Below, one piece after another: positions 38,299-50,883 of a stretch of 64,000 nt of DNA. Position 1 is the stretch's first letter. Each line of letters opens with the position of its first letter. The notes below the pieces were generated by a model that saw nothing but the letters and a program-made list of their open reading frames with translations, searched no databases and was not told where the DNA came from. Made by a program: the position numbers and the translations under genes. Source of the stretch: Utricularia gibba (Eukaryota; Plantae; Magnoliophyta); the NCBI GenBank assembly GCA_002189035.1, contig NEEC01000010.1, forward strand, positions 2,852,001-2,916,000, given 5' to 3'.

Positions 38299-40570
38299 TC
38301 ACATGCTTTGAGCTAATCCATGATGAATCAAGTATCCAAATGAAGATGACTGCCCGATCCAGTAAATGCACTTCTCCAGCCTGCCGCATTTCATCAGCCG
38401 CCGTATCGACTTCTGTTGAGCCACCGTGAGACTGCCGTTAACGGCGTCAACAAGCCCGGCAGTTGTTAGAGACATATCCTTGGCATAAAGGTGAAGTATC
38501 TTGGGAAGGTAGAGCTTCCTCTGATCTTTAACATACATAGTTGATTGGATGAACTCTTCCTTGGCGAGTTTGAGATCAGCAAATACGGTGTTTGCGGAGT
38601 AAACTCGAACCTGCAGTTGAGTTTGGTTGATATCAGCTGGATGGTCCCTGGAAAACACACAATCGGAGACGATGGATGGATGAACATGTACCGCAGGGTC
38701 TGTGATCATGCCTGAGCAAAGAGCAAAATGAACAAGTGGTTCAGGATACTCAATGGCATAGGGGTGCTCAGAGTTGCATGTCTTGAGCTTCTTCCCTGGA
38801 GACAGAAGTGTATGGAGCCACTGCAGTGGTGATGACAAGAGGAAATAAGTTTCGAAATCACGATTCACAGGATTTCAGATGGGGGAGCAAGCTGAGAAAT
38901 ACCTGTGCAGATGAGTGAGCTTTGATTCTCAAAATACAGCTTTGTATGTCACAAAGATTGATGCAGTGTCCACCAACATTATATGAAGCCTGCAAGAGAT
39001 ATGCCAACCTCTGTGGTGATGAGCATCATTGACTAGATGTACAAACAGCATGGTTCATGCGCTCTTTACCTTCATTATCAAGCTACTCCTGGTATAGATG
39101 TGAGTCCCATATGCTAAATACCCCTATCAAAAGCCAAACCATTCAGTGATACTCAAACAGGAGATATACATACAGATGAAGAAACTCCAAGATTCTCTGT
39201 AGTTTTTGCAAGGCATACATGCATCACCAATGCATTGTGAATGTTGATCCAAAATGCAAGTTTCTCCTCACGGCTCATCTTGTTTGGATTGACAATCTCA
39301 AGAGTCTTCACTAAGGACCTGAACAGCATCAACGAACCGAGAATATAAACAAGTCGCAATCTTTATAATCTCAACAAAACGGACAGTAGATAGGCTACCT
39401 GAACTTTTGAAGTTTTTTAGTAGCATAAGTGTAGCTCTCTTTGCCTAAACTTATCTTCAGAACTTCCAGCATTGATGAGTATGGTACCTTTTCACCTTTT
39501 AGACTATCTGGATTGAAGGGCTCAGAAGTTCTAGGATAGACTGAAAACTCCGAGCAGAAGAAATTGAAAAGCTGTTTCGATTTTTTGTTTGATCAGCAAG
39601 TTTACAATAGATTGAAGCTATGCATCTTATAATATCTTCGGACAGTCTATCAGGACAAAGAAGTGCATTAGGATTCCCATTCCCTAGATGATGAGCTAAG
39701 CTCATATGCCGCGTAAAAGCACCTTTCTTCTCCTGCATGAAATCATGTAAAGATTTACCTACAAAGCAAATGAAAACTAACCAGAAGTTGCACTAAACAA
39801 TACCTTAACCATTTCTGTAGAAACGACAAGGGGAGCGGATTTTCTTGGGGCAGAGAATGAGTTTTCCACATGAAGAAGTTCTCCTCTTTTATGCATTCCT
39901 GATCTAAGTTTCTGAAATGGCTCATCAGTTCGCTTTGGAAAGTTTCCGATACTGACACCTCCAGCAACACTCGGAAGATAAACAGTCCGGTAGAGAGATA
40001 GCAGATATCTTTCCAAATGCATTATTTCTTCTTCAAGTGTAACAATTTCTTCCATCAGTTTGATTGACTGCAGCAAGCACCAGCTAAAAGGTCAACCAAC
40101 GTCCAGCAAAACATAAAAAAAAAAGTCAAGTAAGAGAGACAGGCTGATTCAGAATGAAACGATTTTTTACAAACTTTATAATCCCTTGGAAACATCCATG
40201 AATCATATCCTCTAAATTCTTATTCTAGAAACATTGATTCCTGAAAAAAACAACCATTTATAAAGTGCTGTGAAGATCCTCTGCTGGTTTATCACTCTGT
40301 TCTGTGTACACTGACTTGTCTACGAAAGCTTATGCCACTCTTCCAGAACTACAATCAGTAAGGACAAAAAAGAAAAAAAAAATGGAACACCCGAATGAAA
40401 GAAAAAAGGTTGCAAGACAGATAAACGACACTGAAAGGGGAAATTCTAACATGATTTAAGCCAGGCCGTGGAGACTTATTGACCGCACTCTGATCTTCAG
40501 TAACGTCATTGCTAATCCCAGAAGTGGAGACACCAGAAAATGAAGAAGAAGAAGAAGAAGAGGTATCCAT
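38299..40570 (-). CDS. DUF547 domain protein with MIP1-type leucine zipper; N-terminus uncertain
   Basis: Motifs LMEEIVTLEEEIMHLERYLLSLYR, CPDRLSEDIIRCIASIYCKL, REEKLAFWINIHNALVMH, EPLVHFALCSG, LPKIL. One apparent -1 frameshift at ~39545. Confidence 0.88.
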
Positions 40571-41906
40571 ATGAACACTCAACACCCCCATACCCGAATA
40601 CTCAATGATGCTCCACCTTCGTCAAACATTCACACCAATGCGATCATGAAGTGTCACAACGGCTCACAAATACCGAGGAATATTGAAAATTTGACAATAA
40701 ACATTAAATGCAAAAAACCCACAGAGCAAAACCATGAGAAAAAGTGGCAAGAAAATAATAAATGTTTAGAAATGCAGGGAGTGGATCAGAGGAGAACAGC
40801 TGGACTGAACACAGGGCGGCAGAGTTAAAAGCTTTGACACAGTCTTGGAGCAAGGAGGGGTAAAGTTTGTTGCGAATGGAAATCGGAATATAGTAGTTGA
40901 TAATGCATCCATCAAGCTGCCATTATCATGCTAAGGACAAACACTACGCTATGCCACTTTGGGTAAATTATGAGGATGATGGCAATTGACAATAGGGTAA
41001 AGCGATGAAGGAGACCGAGAGCTCGACGACAAGCCCATCATAATCTTATCTTTACACCCTTGTCATTTTCTGCCAAATTCATCTCCAAACCAAACCATCT
41101 TCCAAGTTGTATCCCTCTACTGGATCATTCAACTCTCCACCCAAGTTCTTTCTCCCTTCATCCTCCACGGGAGAACAGTATCAGAAGTTCTCGATGAAGA
41201 CCTAACTATAAGAGCAAACGCAGATCAATGTAAACCGATGCCCCGTCAAGATTCTTCCAATTACCAGCTTCATTTTGTAGCAGCGCAATGAAGGGCAACA
41301 GATCGCCTTCGCGCGGGCTTAAAAGGCCCAAAATCCGCCAACGGAACCGTCCACCAGCTCAGTGGGCTGCTCTGACAAATGAGAATGGGCTGGGAGCCCG
41401 ACCCAGTCCTAGGAACCAACCCATTTGTTCCACCCAGGCCCAGTATCATATTTTTTTTATTTTTTTTAAAGATAAAAAATTGATATTTATAACTTCTTAG
41501 ATTATTTTTTAAAAATATATTTTTTTTTAATATAAAATTGATTATAGAATATTTTTTAATAATTATAACATATGGAAAATTTATTATGACAATGAGGCTT
41601 TGTTTGGTTAGTTGATTTTAATTTTTATGAATTTAGATTCTTTGGGTTTAAACAAACTTAATTATATAGATATAAAAATAATCATACCTCTCTTAGGTAT
41701 ATATATATATGAGTATAATATGTGGTGACTACATAAAAAACAACATAATTTTATTAAATCTATTATAAATCAATCTTATAATTTCATGTCAAATAAGGCC
41801 AAAGTGAATCAAGGCAAAAGCCATTATGGGTTTCTAATGAAATCTTAGCATCAGACAAGAAATAACTAAAACAGTTGGAACTGCAACACAAGGCAAGCAG
41901 GTCGGG

Positions 41907-42968
41907 TTATGGCCGGGATGGACTCGGCCGGCTGACGGAGACATCGAAGTAGATGGGGCAGGCAGGGCCATGGCCGAGGCCAAAGGCGGCAACGTGGTCC
42001 TTGAGGGACCTTTTGTGCTTGAAATCTGAGCCGCAAACGCAGAGCCACCTCTTGCCGCAGTTCTTCTCATGGGTGCGCCAGTCCCCTTTCACGGCCAACG
42101 CCTTGCCGCATTTTCCGCAGGTGAAGTCCTTGGCGCCGTGCTTTCTCTTGTAATGGGTTTGCAGTGTGCGGAAGTCCTTCAGCGGCCGCGCCTTCGGGTG
42201 CTCGATGTTGTTCTTGCATCCTTGCTCGCAACAAAAACACGCCACGCGCCCGGTGGCTCGGTGGTGGTGGTGGTGCTGCGGCGGCGGCGCTCCCTTCAGC
42301 GAAGCTGGGCCCTTTCGGAACTCCGAGCCGTGGCTCCACAGGTGCATCTTGTAGTAAAAACGAATGGCTCGATTATCGTGATGAAGATGATGAAGAATAT
42401 GAAAAACCCACAGCACGCACCCGTTGTAGAAGTGTAGAAATGGAAAGCTTGCCCTATCCCTAATTGCTTTGATTAAGGGTTTTAGGAAGGTTTCCTATGC
42501 TATAAATTTTGTATTTTTGTGGACTCGATCCATTTACCATTCCAACAGATGATCACATAAGATGAATGTTAATGGAACCTGAAGATTGTTGTGGCGGTTG
42601 AAGAACTTGCTACAGATGCTGCAACAGAAGAGACTGAACCCCAAGAGGATCTCCTCCCGGCTCGGTATCCAGAACTGGGTCGGCCACGACGGAGCCACTT
42701 CCCTTTTCGGGTCGCCGTTGTTGGTGCTCGGGAGGCCCATACGTAGAGCTACGGCGGCATTGTCGCTTTCTCCCTGCTCCCTGTCGACGGTTGAAGCTCC
42801 ATTACCGGAGGAGCCCGGTTTCTCCTTGAAGAAATCGAACGGTTCGAACGCAGCTCCATCCATACTCCCACCTGATGATGGTTTCAGAAATGAAGTGGCC
42901 GGGTGGAGCTCCCAGATAAACGATGGCGTAATGATGCACATGGGCCAGGGGGCTTCCATTTCCTGCAT
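41907..42968 (-). CDS. WIP6: WIP-family C2H2 zinc finger, WIP6/DOT5-like; start codon uncertain
   Basis: Exon 1 ends at 42579 ([12 protein letters not shown]...NRHNNLQ). Exon 2, 42347-41907, reads MHLWSHG...[10 protein letters not shown]...[21 protein letters not shown]...FGLGHGP. Confidence 0.85.
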
Positions 42969-43292
42969 GGGGCATGCATCAGCGGAGTGCGGCAAATATG
43001 GTGGAATTCAAAGCGTTTTTTGTCATCTTCTTCATTCGGAATTTCATGCTGCAGGAATGGATTGCTCACAACCTTTGTTTCCAGTTTTATTCCCTTTTTT
43101 CCTTGAGGAGGAAGCGATAGTTACCAAATCAGTGCAGCCCCTCTCTTCTCCCCTGCAGGCTGCACGTTTCAAATTCCTAGATTCATTCATCTTCCTCAAA
43201 TGGGTCTCGCCATTCCATTCTTTGAAATGGAAACGATGAAACATGCAATCAGAATTAGCAAAACGTTGTCTTTTCATTAATTGATCTCTGGT

Positions 43293-45627
43293 TTATACAG
43301 AACTGGAGTCCACCACGATGCCACAGAGCTCCGGCTCTACATCTCTTTCATCAACATCATAAACCGGTCTCCGTTCGAAGTACCAGTCCCCAACAGCCTG
43401 CTGAACATTCTGCAAAACCATGGCCATCAGCTGATTATCACCTCGTTAAAAAGCAGTCATATACAACGACGAACAAGAATCCCACCTTGCTCCCCACCGG
43501 AGCCAACGGAATGGACCATTTCCGATCATCATCCAGGTGCGAGTGCGCGACGCAGGCGTGCACGAACAGCCCTCTTCCAGGACCATACCCAACCTTCTCC
43601 TTCAACGTCTTCACAAATATTCTCCTGAAATCTGCTCCATGGTGCGAGTGGAAGCTCCCGTTTAAACCCCAAACAAAAACTGCCGTGCTGGGAACCGGGA
43701 ATGAAGAAGCTACGCACCTTTCATGGTCTGAATGTCACGAGGGGTGCAGCCACGCACTGCATGAGTGCAGTTTAGGAAGGTGGAGTCTACGTTGTCGATC
43801 CCCGTCGGCATCTGCAACTCGGATCATCCGCATCATCGAACTGAGTAATCATGTAATGCAAGATAACCGATTGATTACCTGGTAATTGTCGAAACCTGAT
43901 TCGATTACAAAGAGCGGTGTCTTGATATCCTGGATGATGTTTTGTGGAAACATACACTGAAGACAATATAACTCATTACCATCACAGACGCAACATTGCA
44001 GTAAACAATTTGATCCATGTAAAAAAAAAATATATATAGAATAAGAAATTTTCGAGATAAAAAAGGGCAACAAATTTTTCAAAATAGGCAGCAAACTAGA
44101 ATAATTATAAACTTAGATGAATCTTAAATAGATTAAAAACTAGTAAATTGACAGTTTATATAAAAAAATATTCTCTAATTTTGAATGAGATATTTTTTTG
44201 AAAAAAAACATAAAATCATGAAAATTAAGTTTTCGAAGAATACAATATCATTATCTTTATCATTTGAGTAGGGGATAATAATAATAATATTATTAGTAGT
44301 AGTACAAAAAAACCTAATTATTTGGCTAGGTTCTCTTACCAGAGTTGGGGCCAGTCTCGATGTGCACTCCTTCGGTAGGAACTTAGCTACATGCTGCATG
44401 AAATCGTAATGTGGATTAATAAATCACAATAATAACATTTTTGAAAAATAAAAAGAAAAAAGGAATTAAATACGTGTCTTTGGATGACGGCATCGAACCG
44501 GTGCTCTCTTAAGTCGAACCCGGGCAGGGACCGGTCGGTCCTGGAGTAAAAAGTAATATTAGTCTACATATAATTGGGACGAGTGTGAAGTTACGAAAGT
44601 GCCCACCCGGCGAGAAAGAATCCGGAGTCGGCTATGCACTTGACCGTTTTAACGTCGCCGACGAGTGACCGGAACATGTCGCAGTGAAGCATTGCGGCCA
44701 CTCCCCGGCGGAGGACCCGCTCAGTATGGCCTGACCGGAAAGCGGAAAATATCTTGAGAGATGGAGATGAAACTTGAAAGGTGCGCTCTTTCAGAAAGGG
44801 GGTTTTGGTTACGTACGTTATCAGCTCTTTGCATTCCCTTGGCAAGAAGATCTGTCATCACACGCTTGAAAATCTGCATCCCCTTTCTGGTAAGGTTCAT
44901 TTCCTGTCAAGGACGACGCTTGTTATTTGATGCTTAGTAATCCTGCAACACCGCCTGAAAACTAGCCTTGTCAAAAGGGGCATCGCCCATGAAGGAGGCG
45001 CCGTCACAGTAGACAACTCGGACTCTATTCCAGTTATAGAAATCAGGATTCAGGGAGTGATCGTGGGCGAGTATTCCGGGGAGCAGCATCGTATCGGGTA
45101 GTTTATATGTCGTCTTGTTCTGAATCCATGTCTGGCAGAACCCACCTCCACACCACGCCCCGCCCTGAACCAGAAAACAACTTTTTCACCTGCCACTATT
45201 CCCTCAAAACGTGCATTTTTACCAGAAGGAAGACGACCCAATTTTTAGCTCCCTCTCCATATCCTTGGGAGTAGTAGTACCCAGCAGGACTCCCATCCAA
45301 GCAAACTGCACAATGCACACCCACCCATTCACAACACGAAAGAAGCCTCCAAACACAGGAATGGGAGAAAAGAAACTCAACATCTAATTGTTTAGATCCT
45401 AATCTCCAAGAAACCCAAATCCAAATCAGCAGAGTGCGAAACAATTACTAGGGATTTCAATTTCATTTTCCTAAGAAAGAACCTGCGTGATCAGCATTGG
45501 AGGTGGGGAGACGAATAAACACCGCGGGACGTTGAGCATCAGTTTTGAGGAGCGTCGAGGAGAAAACCTGAAGGAATACTACGGCTACCAGACAGCGACG
45601 AGGCGGGGCGGAAAGCTGGTTTGCCAT
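43293..45627 (-). CDS. Pectin acetylesterase family protein (divergent); one apparent -1 frameshift at ~44705
   Basis: Signal peptide. Motifs VCLDGSPAGY, GGAWC, FYNWNRV..YCDGASF, AILSGSSAGG, KCIADSGFF, GFDNYQ, HACVAH, VGDWYFER. TAA at 43293. Confidence 0.9.
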
Positions 45628-47104
45628 GTTTTTGAAGGTAACGGCGCTATTTCTCTTGGCGCTTCATCATCTTTTTTTCACCAGGAGAAAGAAAACAGCG
45701 TGGTTTTTTCTCTGGGATGGCTGCTGCTGCGTGAGCAAGATGGGAGAACAATGGATCACCTTGAGATGCTCAAGTTTGTGTGGTGTAGAGATAACTTCGA
45801 TTCTGCTACTTTTTTGTTTTTTCACCCTCGTTTTCTCCGTTGGAGACGAATTCTTTTTTTTCTATATTATTTTTTATGTTGATAAATTTTATAAATAAAA
45901 AATAATATTTTATAATATTATAGTAACACAAAACTTGTAATTGATTCTCAAACTATAGATTCAATGGAGTTGATTTGATTAGAAAAAAAAATGATAGAAT
46001 CGATTCGAAAATCCGTCAACTTTTGGTTAATCAACGAAAATGAACGAGTTGAAAATGTAGCTTGCAATGTTAACTTGTGCATAAATCTTACTCTATCTTA
46101 ATATAGAAATATTCATACGGACAAGGGTATGGCTTATGGAAAATAAAAAATATAGTATATGTTCTATTTATGGAAGTGAATTTAGTGGACTTTCTTGTGG
46201 AATTGGGCCACGATATTTCTAGAGGCCCATTTGAGGGGTTTCCTTTTCGGTGGTGGGAGCCCATTTAAGTTTGACTCTGGCCGTACAACGTACGGAGATT
46301 GGAGATGGATGGCTCATAGAAACGTGCACTCAATCTCGCTGGTTTGACGGCTTTCCCCTCGGATCCGTCAGAAATAAAAAAAATTCGTTTCGATTCGGAA
46401 ACCAGGGTTTTCTTTTTTTTTTTCTTTGTTCTTGTGAAGGAAATGGCTGGAATCTGATACTCCGCTTAATGTTTCTGCGAATCAAACATGCTGATTTACT
46501 GTATTAAGGGCTGGATTCAATACAAAGATGAGTTTTTTTTTTTTTTTTACTGGTTTACCGTTCAATGGATTTGAGAAATTGTGAATTCGGGGTCGTGTCT
46601 GCGATATACTAATGCTGTCTCACTTCGTACACAGACTGGGGCCATCTGATTTTTTGAATTTCGCTCTTCATTGCATCCTCATTAATGTCATTACCCATCC
46701 ATGGGTAATGCCACCTAGCACTACTAAGCAAAAAAATTAATACTTTTATACGACAATGGATGCGGTTATGTTGTCCATACCAGCATCAGTTAATTTGAAG
46801 TTTGAGGATCATCTGTCAGCCTGTGGGTATGGTCACTAGTTAGGAGGATTCAGGGGTATGTGAAATCAACATCACTCCTATTCTGTTGCTGTCTTTTCAC
46901 ATCACTCAACAAAATGATTATACTCTTTGCTTTCACTTTTCTTGGACCAGAAAGCAATCATCTGCATGGCCTGCATTTATACCATGATTAATAGATCCTT
47001 CTCCTCACATTTGCATCAGAATTACATCCAACAGCATAGCCTGTCTGTGAAATGAAAATTGACGCATTATGACATACAGACGCATCTTCCTTCTAAAGTT
47101 GCCG

Positions 47105-47743
47105 CTAACATAAGAGGCTTAAACTCTGGTCGAATGATTGACCAGACGGCTGCATGAATTTACAGTTGGGGCATGCAGGAGAAGACTTGCACATTATCAC
47201 TAACAAGTAGCACTTTTTGCACACAGCTGTAAACATCTCTTGCTGGTCCTCTTCAAATGTTAGCCATGAAGGTGATCGTCTATGACCCTTTGAGTTGCTG
47301 GAGTTCCTGATGCAAAAGAAAGAGCTTTTCGCAGAATCTTCCCTCTTGTTGGTTTCCTCTTGATTGCTCCCCGCATGCTGGCAAGGAAGATTCAGTTTAA
47401 GCTCCAAGCTCATCGGCGCTGGACTCGAATCACATGAATCCCTCTTCTTCGTCGTTGTGTTGTAGTAGAATATCTGCCCTGTCTATTTATGCTATAAGTA
47501 AGGTGCTACACAGAAAGATGAATAATCATGCAGAGTTCTACGCTGATAAAAATCTACCTTCACATCAAGGCATTGTTGCCAGTTGAGTGGAAATGGAGTC
47601 TGCCTTGGTATATGTGTACCCAGGCTTCTCATCTTGGCATGCTGCTTCTCCTTTGTAAGTTCCTCATCAGAAGCATTCCATTTTCGCTTCTTGGAAGAGC
47701 TCTGGTGATGTAGATTTTCTCTTGATGTTTGCAGAGAAACCAT
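47105..47743 (-). CDS. CFL1: CURLY FLAG LEAF 1-like WW-domain/EAR protein
   Basis: Exons 47743-47558 and 47482-47105. Motifs SKKRKW, WW-like PFPLNWQQCLDVK|TGQIFYYNT, EAR-like LELKLNL, and C-terminal CKKC...CPNCK. Confidence 0.85.
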
Positions 47744-49953
47744 TGTTGAAGGAAGAATCCACCAGACGAAAGATACTACATAGTGAAGTAAATGGATGTT
47801 GTTTATAAAGATGGTGAACTGTTCGGTGAGCAGGGTGCTAGCTTGAAGAGTGAACCATGAGATTGAATGCCCCATTAATGATGGCCATGCAATGAATCCT
47901 GCTCTGTCTTCTGGTCAAAAAAATAAAAATAAAAATAAAAAATTCAAGCTTTTAACCAGCAGAAGAGTTTTTCATATCAATGGAGTGCAGTTTACAGGCA
48001 GAATCCATTAGGGAAACAGCCAGCTTTTATTGTGGCACTGCGGAGTCTCAGGTCAGTACTCATCTTCAAAATGAATTGCTTCAGTACATCTTGGCCTGCT
48101 GGTATGGTCTTTCATTAACTTGCTACTCCCATCTCTTTAATAATAAAAAAAACACCTTGTTATTGACCACTCTCTGTAAGCTTTTATCAAACTTAACAGG
48201 CTGTTTTTCATGGACCATTTCTGCCTTATAAGACTGTGGTACCTCAACTAAAGATTCATTACAACAAAAATCATACTCCTCTTTATTTTTTTCCTTTCCT
48301 TTTCTCTTTTTTTTTTTTTTTGGTGTAACTCTTACAAGACATGCAGCAGCTATCATAAATATCATCAGTTTAGGGTGGGGCAATCATGGAGACACTTGAT
48401 CAAAGCTTCTTTAAAAGAAAAAAAGGCAAAAACCAAAAATGATAAAAAAAGGACAGACTGATTTTTAATATAAGCTATAGTTGCAGTTGCAGCTATTCAT
48501 TGTGCAACCATCCCTCCCAACCACCCTCACCTCCCATTTTAATACAATCTTGCTCTCTTATGTGTTGCTCTGCATGCCCATCTTTTTGAATTTGTAGTTT
48601 GAATCGCTGGTGGATATGATACCACTCATTGCAAATTTTCAAAGTCTGCAGTCTAATCATTTGCATTGTAAATCAAAGAACAGCATAAATGGCAACTCAA
48701 AAGACCATCAAACTGTGAATAAAAACTTGAACCAACCAAGGGCCATTAGAAGGTTCTAAGCTCTGTTTGTCCCTGTACTCCACTTTTTTGAAAAGACGAC
48801 TCTGCAAGTACAGACTACCAAGGAGTCGTCAAGTCACAAAAAAACAAGGACAAGGGAGTGGAGTAACGATGGCCTTGCCTGCTTAGTTCTCACCCCCACA
48901 ACAGAAGTACGACTCTACTACGTTAATCATACTTATTGCTTAACCACGCAAGCCAGAGAGTATCGTTACCTTACGACAGTTCCTTCGGAGGTGGGGCGGA
49001 TGATGGAATAGGACCAGAAGGTACAACTCGCACGTGGCATTGCATTCAATTGGGGGGATTCACGGAGCAGCAGGGCGAGGCAGCTGTCTGCCTCCCCCAT
49101 TTAAGCACATCTGCCCTCATCTCCATTCCTCGGGCCGCAAGGTTCCCACCGCCCACGACCTCGTTCGACGCATGGCCGGGCGGCTTTCCTTTAGGGCCCC
49201 GGACTCAGCGGACACGGAGGTGGCTGTAGTTCGAATATGGGTCGGGCCTCGAGGATCCGGATCGGCCCAAGACCCACTCAGAGATTCAGATTTCGGGCCA
49301 ATTACTATTTCCTCTTTCAACCCATCAAAGAGGACCAGATCATGATTTGGTTTTCGATGTGTTAAAATTGAGCTGAATTTATTTTTTGATTTATCCATGA
49401 TTTGGGGTTGGAAAATATAATTTTAATAATTTAAATTTCAAATTTTTTTTATAAAAATTATTGGATTGAATCAAAAAAATTCAAATCAAACAGGTCTAAC
49501 CTCATATTCAATTCTTAATTTTAAGACACTGATTTGTTTAATTATAAGTTGGAGTCTATCCACCCAAAATTCATACTTTACTAGAATTTTTTTTCTAAAA
49601 AAATATTTAAAAATGTATCAATCAGATATAATTTAATTTTTGAAAATCATTTTTTTGAGAATTAAGACAATAAAAATTGGGTAGCTATTAAGCACCTATT
49701 AAAAAAATTAATTCCACTTTCTCCCAATACCAAAATCTTTTTTTTAAGAAAAAAAGACAAGGATTAGACAAAGATGAAGTGACACAAACTAATATTACAA
49801 GGTGGGCGCTAAGGAAACAGTGGTGGTATCCCATTCCATCTCCTCTAACCCTAGTCTACCTACTCCTTCTCTACCACTCCTCCATGGGGCTTGCTGGTTG
49901 GCTAGGGTTACGTCATGGTGATCACTCCCAATTCCCACAGTCGATGTAATGAT

Positions 49954-50883
49954 TCATTCCCATCTGGATTTCACCAAATCCACAGGCCTTCCGCTTTTCG
50001 TCTTCCTCCTCGTCTCCAACCCCCAACACCCCGGCAGGTGCTGCAAGCTCGGTAGAGTTGCATCTCCCCGGCCGCCGCAGCAGCCCTTGTCTCTCGCCGG
50101 TGGGAGGTAGAAATCGGAGATGAGGTGGTTCTGCAGCGCCGGCGTGAGGTCTCCGGGATTCTTCTTGTCACTGCTGCTGCATATCTTGTGGAATATTCTA
50201 CACATCACCCACTCCTCCTGCGCAGAACCGTACGGGTACAGGTCAAGATGGTAGATAATTAATTTAACCTGAGCCGGAGGATACTTGAGGTTTACTTATC
50301 AGACCTTGACGAGGTGGCGGCAGGAGAAGTGGCCGTCGAGGCGGTACTCATGCATGACCCATTTGGTCTTCTCCCCGCGGGGGCTCTCCCGGTGTAGAAA
50401 ACCAGCGTCTTCTTCATCCCGATGAGGGACCGCCCGCAGTCGCCGTACACCTCCCTATCTTTTCCGGTAGCTTTCCAGTACCCGGCACCGGTCGCCCGGT
50501 TGGTCCTCACCCCCGTCGGGTACTTCCTGTCCCTCATGCTGAAGAAATACCACTCCCTTTCCCCCATCTTCGCCCCCTCTGCAAAACCAACCCACACAGT
50601 AACATCACTGAAAACCCCAATTTCTCTATCTACCAACGATAACTAACAAAAACCGACCGGGAAGGTCCCAGGGCTCGCACCGGTTGAGGTCGACCTCCGC
50701 AATCTGAACCCCGTAGAAGCCGACGCCGTTGAACACCTTGGAAGCCAAGTAGAAGGTGACAAGCTCCTCGTCGGTGGGATGGAAGCGGAACCCCGGAGGC
50801 ATCCCCATCCCCGCCGTCGCCTTCTCCTCGCCCCCCTGAAGCTCGCACAGAATCTCCTCTATCCCCAGCATCATCATCATCAT
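49954..50883 (-). CDS. CUC3: NAC transcription factor CUP-SHAPED COTYLEDON 3-like; one apparent -1 frameshift at ~50381; C-terminal frame uncertain
   Basis: Exons 50883-50658, 50578-50305 and from ~50217. The N-terminus ([12 protein letters not shown]), [19 protein letters not shown] and DGHFSCRH..K|[11 protein letters not shown] match the recalled CUC3 clade. Confidence 0.88.

Noticed and set aside
38612-38692. Apparent 27-aa insertion in the DUF547 domain
   Set aside because: It is bounded by GT and CAG at a position where this family has an intron (DPA|VRVY), so it is an in-frame 81-nt intron.
44468-44541. GGTTCGA B-box-like words suggesting a tRNA or SINE in the PAE gene
   Set aside because: The segment is a PAE exon (TDRSLPGFDLREHRFDAVIQRH) with proper splice sites and phase; there is no cloverleaf.
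46785-46880. Possible minus-strand C/D box snoRNA (GTGATGT...CTGA)
   Set aside because: The C box is imperfect, there is no terminal stem, and I recognise no rRNA-complementary guide.
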